From assembly GCF_000223395.1 (NCBI RefSeq), contig NC_015931.1, positions 780,001 to 812,000 of the forward strand: a stretch of 32,000 bases of DNA. The letters run 5' to 3'. Each line of letters starts with the position of its first letter. The stretch's first letter is position 1. This document shows, in pieces, positions 24,508 through 32,000 of the stretch. This stretch comes from Pyrolobus fumarii 1A (lineage in GTDB: Archaea; Thermoproteota; Thermoprotei_A; Sulfolobales; Pyrodictiaceae). The position numbers and the translations under genes are program-made. Under the pieces are notes generated by a model, which made no database searches, was not told the DNA's origin, and was given only the letters and a program-made list of their open reading frames with translations.

Positions 24508-25475
24508 CTTATACGCTTAAGCCATGTATCGGCTTCCGCGATACCAACAACAATCAGCTTCTTAACACTACCATCTTTTCCGATTACAACCCCTTCGACA
24601 CCCTTAATCTCGAAGACACCACCCTCGTATAACAGAGGCGCATAAACACCATCGAAAGATAAGAGAACTACATCATCGTTAACCTCTACCACGTGCGGCC
24701 ACAAGAGCACTCTACAATCCCCACCCTCTATCTTCAAACGATGTTCGACCAACCTTCTATTATTATATACAAACATGTTCTCACAGTATCGTTCCCTCTG
24801 AGTTACAGCAAAGGTGACAGAGACTCTACGTTCGCTAGCAGCACGATATACACCACGAACCCATTTGCGGTAGTAATGTGGTGTCACGTTTCTGCTCCTT
24901 GCCCAAAACTCGACTTCGCTGGGCGGCAGCGGCTCCAGGGTGCCTTCAAGAACCTCTATAATATCCTCGCACCGCCACATACTAAGGTCCAGGTACACGA
25001 CGATGTCAATGTCAGACATTCTCTCGTTGTGATAGTATCCAAGTATGGAGCCAGTCGGGTACACCACTACACCATTCATTTCTAGTTGCAAGAATAGACT
25101 TGATGCATCCTCCTCCAACACATCTCTAGGATTAGCCAGGACTTCTGAGCGCCTGCACATAGGGTCACAGGCAACTGCTTGCATCGTATTAGTCGTGTGC
25201 ACAGGGCCTCCTAAGCAAGGGTCGAACACCCTTCCTGTGATGCTTGCAACTTCCCGAGGCCTATAGTGATACACGACCCGCTGCAGATTTGTACGAAGTA
25301 TGCGCGCGTATAACGGACCTTTCCCTATAACATACTTGGGGAGCACAAACATAACGGGATGGTTAGCATAGCGTACAAGCACTTGCGCTACCAGCCCGTC
25401 ACGCATATAGAGTATACTCCGCTCAAGAGGTTCTATGTTAGCCTTGCAACAGCCGTATTCGTACATACCCACCAT
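24504..25475 (-). CDS. Pol-beta-superfamily nucleotidyltransferase with a C-terminal beta-rich (OB-like) domain, paralogue 2
   Basis: YPTGSILGYYHNERMSDIDIVVY (codons ~25052-25005) gives the GS...DxD NTase signature. The overall layout parallels the upstream gene. Confidence 0.55.
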   Translation of the reverse strand: MVGMYEYGCCKANIEPLERSILYMRDGLVAQVLVRYANHPVMFVLPKYVIGKGPLYARILRTNLQRVVYHYRPREVASITGRVFDPCLGGPVHTTNTMQAVACDPMCRRSEVLANPRDVLEEDASSLFLQLEMNGVVVYPTGSILGYYHNERMSDIDIVVYLDLSMWRCEDIIEVLEGTLEPLPPSEVEFWARSRNVTPHYYRKWVRGVYRAASERRVSVTFAVTQRERYCENMFVYNNRRLVEHRLKIEGGDCRVLLWPHVVEVNDDVVLLSFDGVYAPLLYEGGVFEIKGVEGVVIGKDGSVKKLIVVGIAEADTWLKRIS

Positions 25476-26301
25476 CTGGAACTAACCTGGCTATCCCATT
25501 CTTAACTTGTTCAAGAATGAATATACCTTCTATCATTGCGCCTAGAGGTAGACACGAGAGACTTGATCTAAGCGTCAACATTACAAGCTTGCCACCATCT
25601 CTAGCTCTGCATTCGTACAGACCAGGTGTCACACATGGCGGAGTCAAGTGTCTTACAATAACTATGCTAGCATGAACTGGGCTTCGCGCAACAATATCCG
25701 GGCAACGCACGGGCTCCTTACAACCTACGAGCCTAATGCTATACACGCGATTTGAGCCTAAATCCCTAAACACGAGAGGGTTACGACGTGATATATAAAT
25801 CCAGTCCTTGATGCCGACCTCTCTTTTAACAATGTTATACTCTTTGTAGGGAGGTGGTGCTAGTTTACCGCTCTTAAACATCTCCAGTATCAAGTCGAGA
25901 GCTTCAACTGATTCCCGGACGCCATAGACTACTATGTCGATGTCTCGATGTTCTCCCCCATAAAGTAGAGAGCCCGTTACCCCCACACTCGAACCCAGGA
26001 CTGAGTACAGCTGTTCGATTATGGGGTCGCGAAACCCGCTGGAAATTAACTCCTCCAGCCTTGCAATCGGATCTAACAAATCATAGTCGTCCCAGGGGCA
26101 TACCATGTGGAGCTTTACATTCAAGCATGGGCTCCAACGCACGGGCACACCTTGCCCGACAATCGTCCATGGATCTTTCACTTTCGTTCTTCCTAAACGC
26201 CGGGGAATCACATGTATGCACGGCAATGGATGCTCACAGCCCTTCACGAGATATACATGCCCGTTTACCCTTACGGCCCACCCTTCTACTGGAAGGTGCA
26301 A
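25438..26301 (-). CDS. Pol-beta-superfamily nucleotidyltransferase with a C-terminal beta-rich (OB-like) domain, paralogue 1
   Basis: GVTGSLLYGGEHRDIDIVVYG (codons ~25974-25936) gives the GS...DxD signature. The start is TTG 26301, which lies closer to the only A/T box than expected. Confidence 0.55.
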   Translation of the reverse strand: MHLPVEGWAVRVNGHVYLVKGCEHPLPCIHVIPRRLGRTKVKDPWTIVGQGVPVRWSPCLNVKLHMVCPWDDYDLLDPIARLEELISSGFRDPIIEQLYSVLGSSVGVTGSLLYGGEHRDIDIVVYGVRESVEALDLILEMFKSGKLAPPPYKEYNIVKREVGIKDWIYISRRNPLVFRDLGSNRVYSIRLVGCKEPVRCPDIVARSPVHASIVIVRHLTPPCVTPGLYECRARDGGKLVMLTLRSSLSCLPLGAMIEGIFILEQVKNGIARLVPDGGYVRIRLLQG

Positions 26302-26315
26302 ACCTCACCCACCCG

Positions 26316-26323
26316 TTTTAAAA
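26316..26323. promoter_or_regulatory. Palindromic TATA box TTTTAAAA within CCCGTTTTAAAAGCGGG
   Basis: The distal edge lies ~23 nt before the expected TSS (~26346) of the 26373 gene, which has GGAGG (26360-26364) 8 nt before its ATG. It is also the only A/T element upstream of the divergent NTase gene. Confidence 0.5.
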
Positions 26324-26372
26324 GCGGGTAGCGGAGGGCACACCTGCCGGATGCGCCGCGGAGGCTGGGCAT

Positions 26373-26915
26373 ATGGTTGACGCGAGGCTCGATGAGGCGG
26401 TTAGCTTTGCAAGAGCCATCGTAAACAAGATACGCGAGAACATGGGAACAGCACAGAACCTACAAGAGTCAAAGGCATTGACGCTAATGTACAACACATC
26501 CACAATGCTAGAAGACATTGCTGAAATGTTAGAACGTGCCCGTTGTCTTGCAGCAGACAACGTCATCAAGACAGGCGGCGGTACGGTAGCCAGATTCTGC
26601 GCTACATGGCAACTAGTAGAAACCAATGGCAGGCTACTACTGACACGTACCAAGCCGGCAACCGCCATAGCCTACGATGGTTCAAAACTAGTGTTCCGCC
26701 GTGGCGACGTACTCCTAGAGGCAACCCCGGGACGTGTAAAAGTCTGTAGAAATAAGCTGTGCCTGGAGTACGACCCAACTAACAAGGAGCAGGTTATACC
26801 CATCATACCAGAGCTAACCTATGTGCTGAGGCACCTCATGAACGCCACCCGCAAGAGCAGAGAAGCGCTGATAGTATGTGCAAAGTTCAACAAACCAAGC
26901 TGTCTCGCTATCTAA
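26373..26915 (+). CDS. Hypothetical protein (180 aa)
   Basis: ATG with a well-placed GGAGG and TATA. N-terminal helical half and C-terminal beta-rich half. No motif recognised. Confidence 0.55.
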   Translation: MVDARLDEAVSFARAIVNKIRENMGTAQNLQESKALTLMYNTSTMLEDIAEMLERARCLAADNVIKTGGGTVARFCATWQLVETNGRLLLTRTKPATAIAYDGSKLVFRRGDVLLEATPGRVKVCRNKLCLEYDPTNKEQVIPIIPELTYVLRHLMNATRKSREALIVCAKFNKPSCLAI

Positions 26916-27203
26916 ACAGCTCAGACGCTCGCCATAAGTGAGAAGATACAACAACACCCTCTATTTTTAAGTTAGAAGCTTCTCGCGCTACAGTCTCAAC
27001 TAGAGACGTGACACAATCCTGACCTTACGCAGTAGAATGCCACCCGTAGAGAATGATGTAGGCGGTATTCCTTCTAGTGGCTAGCTGTGCATATTCGCCA
27101 ATGTAAAAATGTGCTACACGAGCTCTCATTTGGAACAAGATAATTTGACTAGACGTTAAAGAGTGTTGGAAAAGAGAGTGGCCGGAAAGCGGCTAGCAGC
27201 TTC

Positions 27204-29660
27204 TTAGATGTCTAGTTTGGATAGCTTCTCCTCTAGCTTAGCTAGGCGTTCAAGCATTAGCTTCCTCTCGATGCTCGCTACTAGACGCCTCGTCGGTATC
27301 ACAGCATCGGGGTTGACGCTGATGCTGTCGATACCCAGTCTTACGAGGTACTCGACTATCTCCGGGTAGACGCTTGGAGCTTGACCACATATGGATACTG
27401 TCCTTCCGTGCTTCTTGGCTGCCTTGATTATCATTGCAATGGCCTTTAGCACTGCTGGGTCACGCTCATCGAAGTAGCCCATCTCTGCTAGTAGCTGCGA
27501 GTCGCGGTCGACGCCTAGCACAAGCTGTGTTAGGTCATTACTGCCTATGCTGAAGCCGTCCACAAGCTTGGCGAATTCCTCGGCTAGGATGGCTACGCTT
27601 GGAACCTCAGCCATTATCCATACCTTGAAGTCTTTGCCGCGGCGCAGGCCAACTTCCTCCATTATCTTGAGAACCTCCTTGACCTCCCAAGTCGTCCTTA
27701 CAAATGGTAGCATTACCCATACGTTCTTGAGACCCATCTCCTCACGGACCTTTAGTATAGCTTTGACCTCTAGCTTGAACGCCTCACGATACTTGGGGTG
27801 GATATAGCGGGATACGCCACGCCAGCCTATCATCGGGTTACGCTCTATCGGCTCGTATTTCTCGCCGCCCTTTAGGCCGCGGTACTCGTTGCTCTTGAAG
27901 TCGCTGAAGCGTACCACTACGGGCCTTGGGTAGATCGCCGAGGCTACCTTCGCGATACCCTCAGCTAACTTGTCTACGAAGAAGTCGCCCTTACCCTGCT
28001 CCAAGAGATACAGTGGATGGTAACCAATCCAGTCGGTTATGATGAACTCTATCCTCATCAAACCAATGCCGTCGAAAGGCAAGTCGAGATACTTGTCAAT
28101 CGCGTCTGGCTCACCAAGGTTCATGTAGATTTTGGTGGCAGTTACTGGGTATATCTCGCGAAGTATCTCCTTGGGTATCGCTGGAGCAACAGCTGCCTCT
28201 ACCTTCTCCGGCTTCTTCTCCGCCGACACCTTGCCCTTGTAAACTACGCCTCTGGAACCGTCAACCGTTACTACCATACCAGTCTTGATCTTCTTCGTCG
28301 CTTCTCTCGTACCCACAACCGCCGGTATACCAAGCTCCCTGGATACTATTGCCGCGTGGCTAGTCATACCACCCTCATCCGTGACTATAGCAGCCGCCTT
28401 CTTCATTATCGGTACCCAATCGGGGTCAGTCATCTTCGTTACTAGGATGTCACCCTCGCGGAACTGCTTAGCTTCCTCACTGTGCGGGTCTAGGATGACA
28501 CGCGCAACGCCAGATGCGATACCGGGGCTAGCCGGGAGGCCGCGTACGATAACCTCAGCCTTCTCCGGCGGCACCGCCTCCTCAGCCTCCTTCGCCTCCT
28601 CACCACCTTTCTTCTTCTTCACGTTCCAAATGGTCTCCGGCCTAGCCTGCACAATGAACACGTTGTCCGGGAACTTCATCTCTTGGTCTATGGCCCACTC
28701 TATATCCATGTACATGCCGTAATGCTTCTCAATCTTAATGGCTTGCTTTGCCAGCTCCACAGCCTCCTCGTCACTGAGACTCGGCGCCTTTGCCTTCTCA
28801 GGCGGCAACTCTATCTCGATGTTCTTGCCCTTCTCCGGGTCGTAGATTATCGCTATCTTTTTCTCAGCTATTTTCTTGTCAACAACCTTCAACGTCTTCT
28901 TATCAACTATGAACTCGTCGGGCGTTACCTTGCCCCCTACTACAGCCTCACCCAGCCCCCACGCAGACTCGATTACAACGACGTTATCATCGCCAGTCAC
29001 TGGATGGACTGTGAACATTACACCCGCCGAGCGGCTCATTACCATCTTCTGCACAACTACAGCCATGTAGGTCTTCTCATGGGGTATCTTCATCTGCTCC
29101 CTGTAGAATATGGCACGGGCGTTGAACAGGCTAGCCCAGCAAGCCTTTACTTTCTTGACAACCTCGTCCTCGCCGCGCACGTTTAGGTAGGTGTCCTGCT
29201 GGCCTGCAAAGCTGGCCTCAGGCAGGTCCTCCGCCGTGGCACTACTCCTTACCGCGACAAGCGGGTTCTCTACACCCACGCGCTTTGCAAGCTCCCTGTA
29301 ATATTGGCGTATGAGCTCCTCTAGGTCCTTCGGCATCGGGGTGTCAAGTATCAGTTGCTTTATCTTACGGCTGGCCTCCTCGAGCTGAGCAGTATTGTTG
29401 ATGTCAATGCTCTTAATAATGTCTAGTATCTTGTTGAATAGCCCAGTCTCTTCCATGAACTTACGATAAGCCTCAGCTGTTACGACATAACCTGGAGGCA
29501 CGCGTATACCCGCACGCAACAGCTCGCCAAGGTTGGCAGCCTTACCGCCTACTAGAGGTACGTCCTCTTTGCTTACCTCCTCTAGCCAGGCTACGAGCTT
29601 ACCCTTAGCGGCCAAAACCTGCTGCCCCCGGTAAACCTCTCGCTTAACCAGTTCACCCAC
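27204..29660 (-). CDS. ppsA: Phosphoenolpyruvate synthase (pyruvate, water dikinase)
   Basis: [35 protein letters not shown] (phospho-His) and [11 protein letters not shown] motifs. 818 aa. The true start may be TTG 29615, judged by comparison with typical PpsA N-termini and TATA spacing. Confidence 0.92.
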   Translation of the reverse strand: MGELVKREVYRGQQVLAAKGKLVAWLEEVSKEDVPLVGGKAANLGELLRAGIRVPPGYVVTAEAYRKFMEETGLFNKILDIIKSIDINNTAQLEEASRKIKQLILDTPMPKDLEELIRQYYRELAKRVGVENPLVAVRSSATAEDLPEASFAGQQDTYLNVRGEDEVVKKVKACWASLFNARAIFYREQMKIPHEKTYMAVVVQKMVMSRSAGVMFTVHPVTGDDNVVVIESAWGLGEAVVGGKVTPDEFIVDKKTLKVVDKKIAEKKIAIIYDPEKGKNIEIELPPEKAKAPSLSDEEAVELAKQAIKIEKHYGMYMDIEWAIDQEMKFPDNVFIVQARPETIWNVKKKKGGEEAKEAEEAVPPEKAEVIVRGLPASPGIASGVARVILDPHSEEAKQFREGDILVTKMTDPDWVPIMKKAAAIVTDEGGMTSHAAIVSRELGIPAVVGTREATKKIKTGMVVTVDGSRGVVYKGKVSAEKKPEKVEAAVAPAIPKEILREIYPVTATKIYMNLGEPDAIDKYLDLPFDGIGLMRIEFIITDWIGYHPLYLLEQGKGDFFVDKLAEGIAKVASAIYPRPVVVRFSDFKSNEYRGLKGGEKYEPIERNPMIGWRGVSRYIHPKYREAFKLEVKAILKVREEMGLKNVWVMLPFVRTTWEVKEVLKIMEEVGLRRGKDFKVWIMAEVPSVAILAEEFAKLVDGFSIGSNDLTQLVLGVDRDSQLLAEMGYFDERDPAVLKAIAMIIKAAKKHGRTVSICGQAPSVYPEIVEYLVRLGIDSISVNPDAVIPTRRLVASIERKLMLERLAKLEEKLSKLDI

Positions 29661-29666
29661 TTAAAA
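29661..29666. promoter_or_regulatory. TATA-like TTAAAA between divergent ppsA and mvk
   Basis: It is the only A/T box in the 75-nt spacer. Its centre is ~27 nt upstream of 29690 on the plus strand and of ~29637 on the minus strand. Confidence 0.4.
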
Positions 29667-29735
29667 GCAGATGCCAGGTGGAGTCCCCGGCGTGGAGGTG
29701 AGGTTTCTACGCGCTGCTACCGAGCGCCAACAAAA

Positions 29736-30710
29736 GTGATACTTGTTGGCGAGCACTTCGTCGTGAAGGGTATACCGGCGCTTGCAGCAGCCCTCGGACT
29801 ATACTCGTATGCCTGTTGGGACGAGTTCAACGAAGAAACTGTCCTAGTTGACGCTGTTAACTTGGGTGTCACGTGCCGCGTGTATCCGGCTAACGTGTGT
29901 GGCGCCAAGCTGGCTGGCCTAGCGAGGATTGCTGAGATCATAGGAGCCCGCGGTATCCGTGTAAGAGTGTGGTCAGAGGCGCCTATGGGAGCAGGCCTTG
30001 GTAGCAGCGCGTCAGTATCAACTGTCTTTGCTGCTGCGCTTCTAGATGCCGTAGAGGGCACCGTGGAGGAAGAACGCGTCGCGGAGCTAGCATTCGAGGC
30101 CGAGGTGGTACATCACGGCAAACCTAGCGGTATCGACAACACCGTCGCGTTACACGGAGGCTTCATACTATACCACTCGAGGCTAATCTACGAGCGCATA
30201 ACGCCAGGCACAAGATTCACACTGATACTTGCCGATACTGGCGTGGAGAGGAGCACAAGGAAGGCGGTAGAGTTTGTACTATCTAGATACTCTAGGTTAC
30301 GGGGAGCTGCTAGCCTGGTCTACCTGGCCGCATGGAAGCTTGTAGAGGAGGCGGCCAACGCTGTACACGTTGGCGATGCTAGGCGACTCGGAGAGATAAT
30401 GGATGTTGCGCATGGCCTGTTGTACGCAATGGGCGTCTCTACCCCCGAGATTGAGCGCCTCGTCTGGGCAGCTAGGCGAGCTGGCGCTTTCGGAGCAAAG
30501 TTGACCGGCGCTGGCATGGGTGGCGTTGTGATAGCTCTAGTGGATGAGAGTGTAGCGGAGAAGGTGGCAGAAGCGCTTCAAGACTCCGGTGCTAAGTGGG
30601 TTCGAACAGCTAAGCTGGGCGTTGAGGGGCTAACACGAGTAGAGCATGTTAAAACCTGGGAGAGCAAGAGTTTGGATGAGGGGCTAAAGAGTGAACAGCT
30701 TCGAGGCTAA
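29736..30710 (+). CDS. mvk: Mevalonate kinase. The true start is almost certainly upstream of 29736.
   Basis: (APTK)VILVGEHFVVKG motif I, APMGAGLGSSAS (GHMP motif II) and KLTGAGMGG (motif III). The conserved AP-x-K lies in frame upstream of the first canonical start. Confidence 0.88.
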   Translation: MILVGEHFVVKGIPALAAALGLYSYACWDEFNEETVLVDAVNLGVTCRVYPANVCGAKLAGLARIAEIIGARGIRVRVWSEAPMGAGLGSSASVSTVFAAALLDAVEGTVEEERVAELAFEAEVVHHGKPSGIDNTVALHGGFILYHSRLIYERITPGTRFTLILADTGVERSTRKAVEFVLSRYSRLRGAASLVYLAAWKLVEEAANAVHVGDARRLGEIMDVAHGLLYAMGVSTPEIERLVWAARRAGAFGAKLTGAGMGGVVIALVDESVAEKVAEALQDSGAKWVRTAKLGVEGLTRVEHVKTWESKSLDEGLKSEQLRG

Positions 30711-31146
30711 CTACGCAGTTATGGCGTTGCTGGCGCTTCTGGGGTTCTTCGGGACACTAGCTGCATACTTTATCGCGAGGATAATAACTTGGGGGCCTAG
30801 CCATCCTTTCAAGAGAGCACGTTACGAGGCGGGTAACCCTCCCCGCAGAAGAGCACGTGTCTCTACAATACCCCAATACTACGGCTACATTATCATCTTC
30901 ATTGTACTTGATCCGCTCTTCGCGCTGCTGTTCCTAACACCGCCAAGCTCTGCTCTAAACCCACTACGCACACTCATGTGGGTAGCACTCGTCTCCGTCA
31001 TACTCATACCGCCGCTACTCTACGCGCTCCACTACGCCGAGAGAATCGAGTATTGGGTTTGGGATAGGCGCGGCATGGAGGCACTTAGAAGAGCCCATGA
31101 GAGGCGTCGCTTAGCCCTCATCGAGCGCTCCAAGAGGCAAAGCTAA
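30691..31146 (+). CDS. nuoA: NuoA/ND3-like membrane subunit (NADH:quinone oxidoreductase subunit A family)
   Basis: GPSHPFKRARYEAGNPP...QYYGYIIIFIVLDPLFALLF parallels the NuoA GPxxP...YExGxxP...FYxxAxxFIxFDxE pattern. Three TM segments. GTG 30691 has GAGGGG 7 nt upstream and overlaps the mvk end by 20 nt. Confidence 0.6.
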   Translation: MNSFEANYAVMALLALLGFFGTLAAYFIARIITWGPSHPFKRARYEAGNPPRRRARVSTIPQYYGYIIIFIVLDPLFALLFLTPPSSALNPLRTLMWVALVSVILIPPLLYALHYAERIEYWVWDRRGMEALRRAHERRRLALIERSKRQS

Positions 31147-31197
31147 TAATGCTTGTCTTTTGACCTTCTTCTTTGGAAGACTCAGCCCTCCTCGGCT

Positions 31198-31284
31198 GCG
31201 GGGGTGCCCGAGCCAGGTCAAGGGGGCGGGCTCAAGACCCGCTGGCGTAGGCCGGCGTGGGTTCAAATCCCACCCCCCGCACCA
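31198..31284 (+). tRNA. tRNA-Leu (anticodon CAA), long variable arm, CCA encoded
   Basis: GCGGGGG acceptor pairs with CCCCCGC. Anticodon arm GCGGG-CUCAAGA-CCCGC. 14-nt variable arm. T arm GUGGG-UUCAAAU-CCCAC. Confidence 0.9.
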
Positions 31285-31373
31285 CTCGCTTCTCTCACAC
31301 CACGTATCCTACGCGAGGCAGAGAGCCTCTAATACTCCTCCTGGCGCCAGACCACCCCTCGGGGCTCCTAGCT

Positions 31374-32000
31374 TTGCCAGTCAAGGGCAGAATCATCAGG
31401 ATTGCTGGTCCACTGGTAGTAGCTGAGGGCATGAGCGGCGCCAAGATGTACGAGATGGTTGAGGTTGGCGAGGAGAGACTCGTAGGCGAGATCACCAAGA
31501 TTAGTGGCGATAAGGCCTTCATCCAGGTGTACGAGTCGACTACCGGACTAAGGCCTGGTGAGCCTGTTTACGGTACGGGCGAGCCTCTTAGCGTCGAGCT
31601 TGGACCTGGACTCCTCGGCCAGATCTTTGACGGTATTCAGAGACCTCTGGGCAAGATAAAGGATCTCACCGGCAGCATCTTCGTGAAGCGCGGTGTTAAG
31701 GTACCAGCCCTTGACAGGCACAAGAAGTGGCACTTCAAGCCCAACACTGAACTAAAGCCTGGCGACAAGGTACACGCTGGTGACGTGCTAGGCACAGTAC
31801 AAGAGACTCCTCTAATCGAGCATCGCATTATGGTGCCACCGGACATTCCGAGCGCTACTCTAGAATGGCTTGCGCCAGAGGGCGACTATACCGTAGAGGA
31901 TACGATTGCTGTAGTTACTGTCCCGGGTCGCGGCAAAGTAGAACTAAAGATGATGCATAGGTGGCCAGTGAGGAGAGCACGCCCGGTAAAGGAGAAGCTC
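31374..32000 (+). CDS. atpA: A-type (V-type) ATP synthase catalytic subunit A, N-terminal part (continues beyond the window end)
   Basis: My own translation from TTG 31374: [91 protein letters not shown]. It is not in the ORF track because it is open at the window edge. Confidence 0.9.
   Translation, partial: MPVKGRIIRIAGPLVVAEGMSGAKMYEMVEVGEERLVGEITKISGDKAFIQVYESTTGLRPGEPVYGTGEPLSVELGPGLLGQIFDGIQRPLGKIKDLTGSIFVKRGVKVPALDRHKKWHFKPNTELKPGDKVHAGDVLGTVQETPLIEHRIMVPPDIPSATLEWLAPEGDYTVEDTIAVVTVPGRGKVELKMMHRWPVRRARPVKEKL

Noticed and set aside
27055-27125. C-box-like AAUGAUGU in the ppsA-distal spacer
   Set aside because: No D', C' or D box lies at compatible spacing on either strand.
27547-29186. 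Several 64-167-aa plus-strand ORFs inside ppsA. The same situation applies to antisense ORFs inside ppcA, gcvP, taw1, the radical SAM gene and others.
   Set aside because: They are antisense shadows of long, clearly homologous genes and show biased Ser/Leu/Arg/Thr composition.
29694-29730. Half C/D-like arrangement: GGCG...GUGAGGU-15 nt-CCGA-GCGCC
   Set aside because: It has only one box pair, a 15-nt spacer and the wrong last base in the C box. The sequence is better explained as an SD plus the mvk N-terminal coding region.
6558-31284. Integrated element or genomic island anchored at one of the three tRNA genes
   Set aside because: I noticed no integrase and no duplicated tRNA 3'-end (att) copy. 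The genes flanking the tRNAs are housekeeping.
31160-31426. 88-aa plus-strand ORF
   Set aside because: It runs straight through tRNA-Leu and into the real atpA start region in another frame.
1-32000. CRISPR arrays, cas genes, IS elements, rRNA genes
   Set aside because: Reading through the intergenic regions I noticed no regularly spaced direct repeats, transposase-like ORFs or rRNA-like conserved stretches. This was a visual check, not a computed one.

Overview
The window looks like a compact stretch of chromosome from a hyperthermophilic crenarchaeote, possibly Desulfurococcales-like. The evidence is a tRNA with a canonical-position intron, archaeal-type PEP carboxylase, Taw1, ThyX, A-type ATPase subunit A, GC-rich tRNA stems, TTTAAA-type TATA boxes and GGAGGTGA-type Shine-Dalgarno (SD) sites. 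Coding density is very high, and three convergent gene pairs share interlocked stop codons. Most genes are housekeeping: ppsA, archaeal ppcA, gcvPA/gcvPB, mvk, thyX, taw1, an aroD-like gene, a PduO-type adenosyltransferase, an ornithine cyclodeaminase/AlaDH-family gene, a CDF transporter, two radical SAM genes, a nuoA-like gene and the start of atpA. There are three tRNAs: initiator Met, Thr(CGU) with a 32-nt intron, and Leu(CAA). By eye I found no CRISPR array, IS element or integrase. Several things are not explained by the ORF track. (1) Four candidate C/D box sRNAs sit in short intergenic gaps. All have 12-13-nt guide spacing and GGC/GCC or GCG/CGC closing stems, and three carry a co-varying C-box/D-box variant. 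(2) A 142-aa minimal GGDEF/nucleotide-cyclase-like palm-domain protein is present. (3) Roughly 22.4-27.2 kb holds only uncharacterised genes and appears lower in GC. It includes two overlapping tandem paralogues of a Pol-beta-type nucleotidyltransferase and a protein with ten consecutive His residues. (4) In two conserved enzymes (mvk and the OCD/AlaDH-family gene) the conserved N-terminus lies upstream of the first ATG/GTG/TTG. In both, an identical GGTGAGGTTT SD-like motif precedes an in-frame near-cognate codon. (5) A GC-rich three-tier hairpin of unknown function lies at 2673-2764. All function calls rest on motif recognition from memory and no database search was possible.
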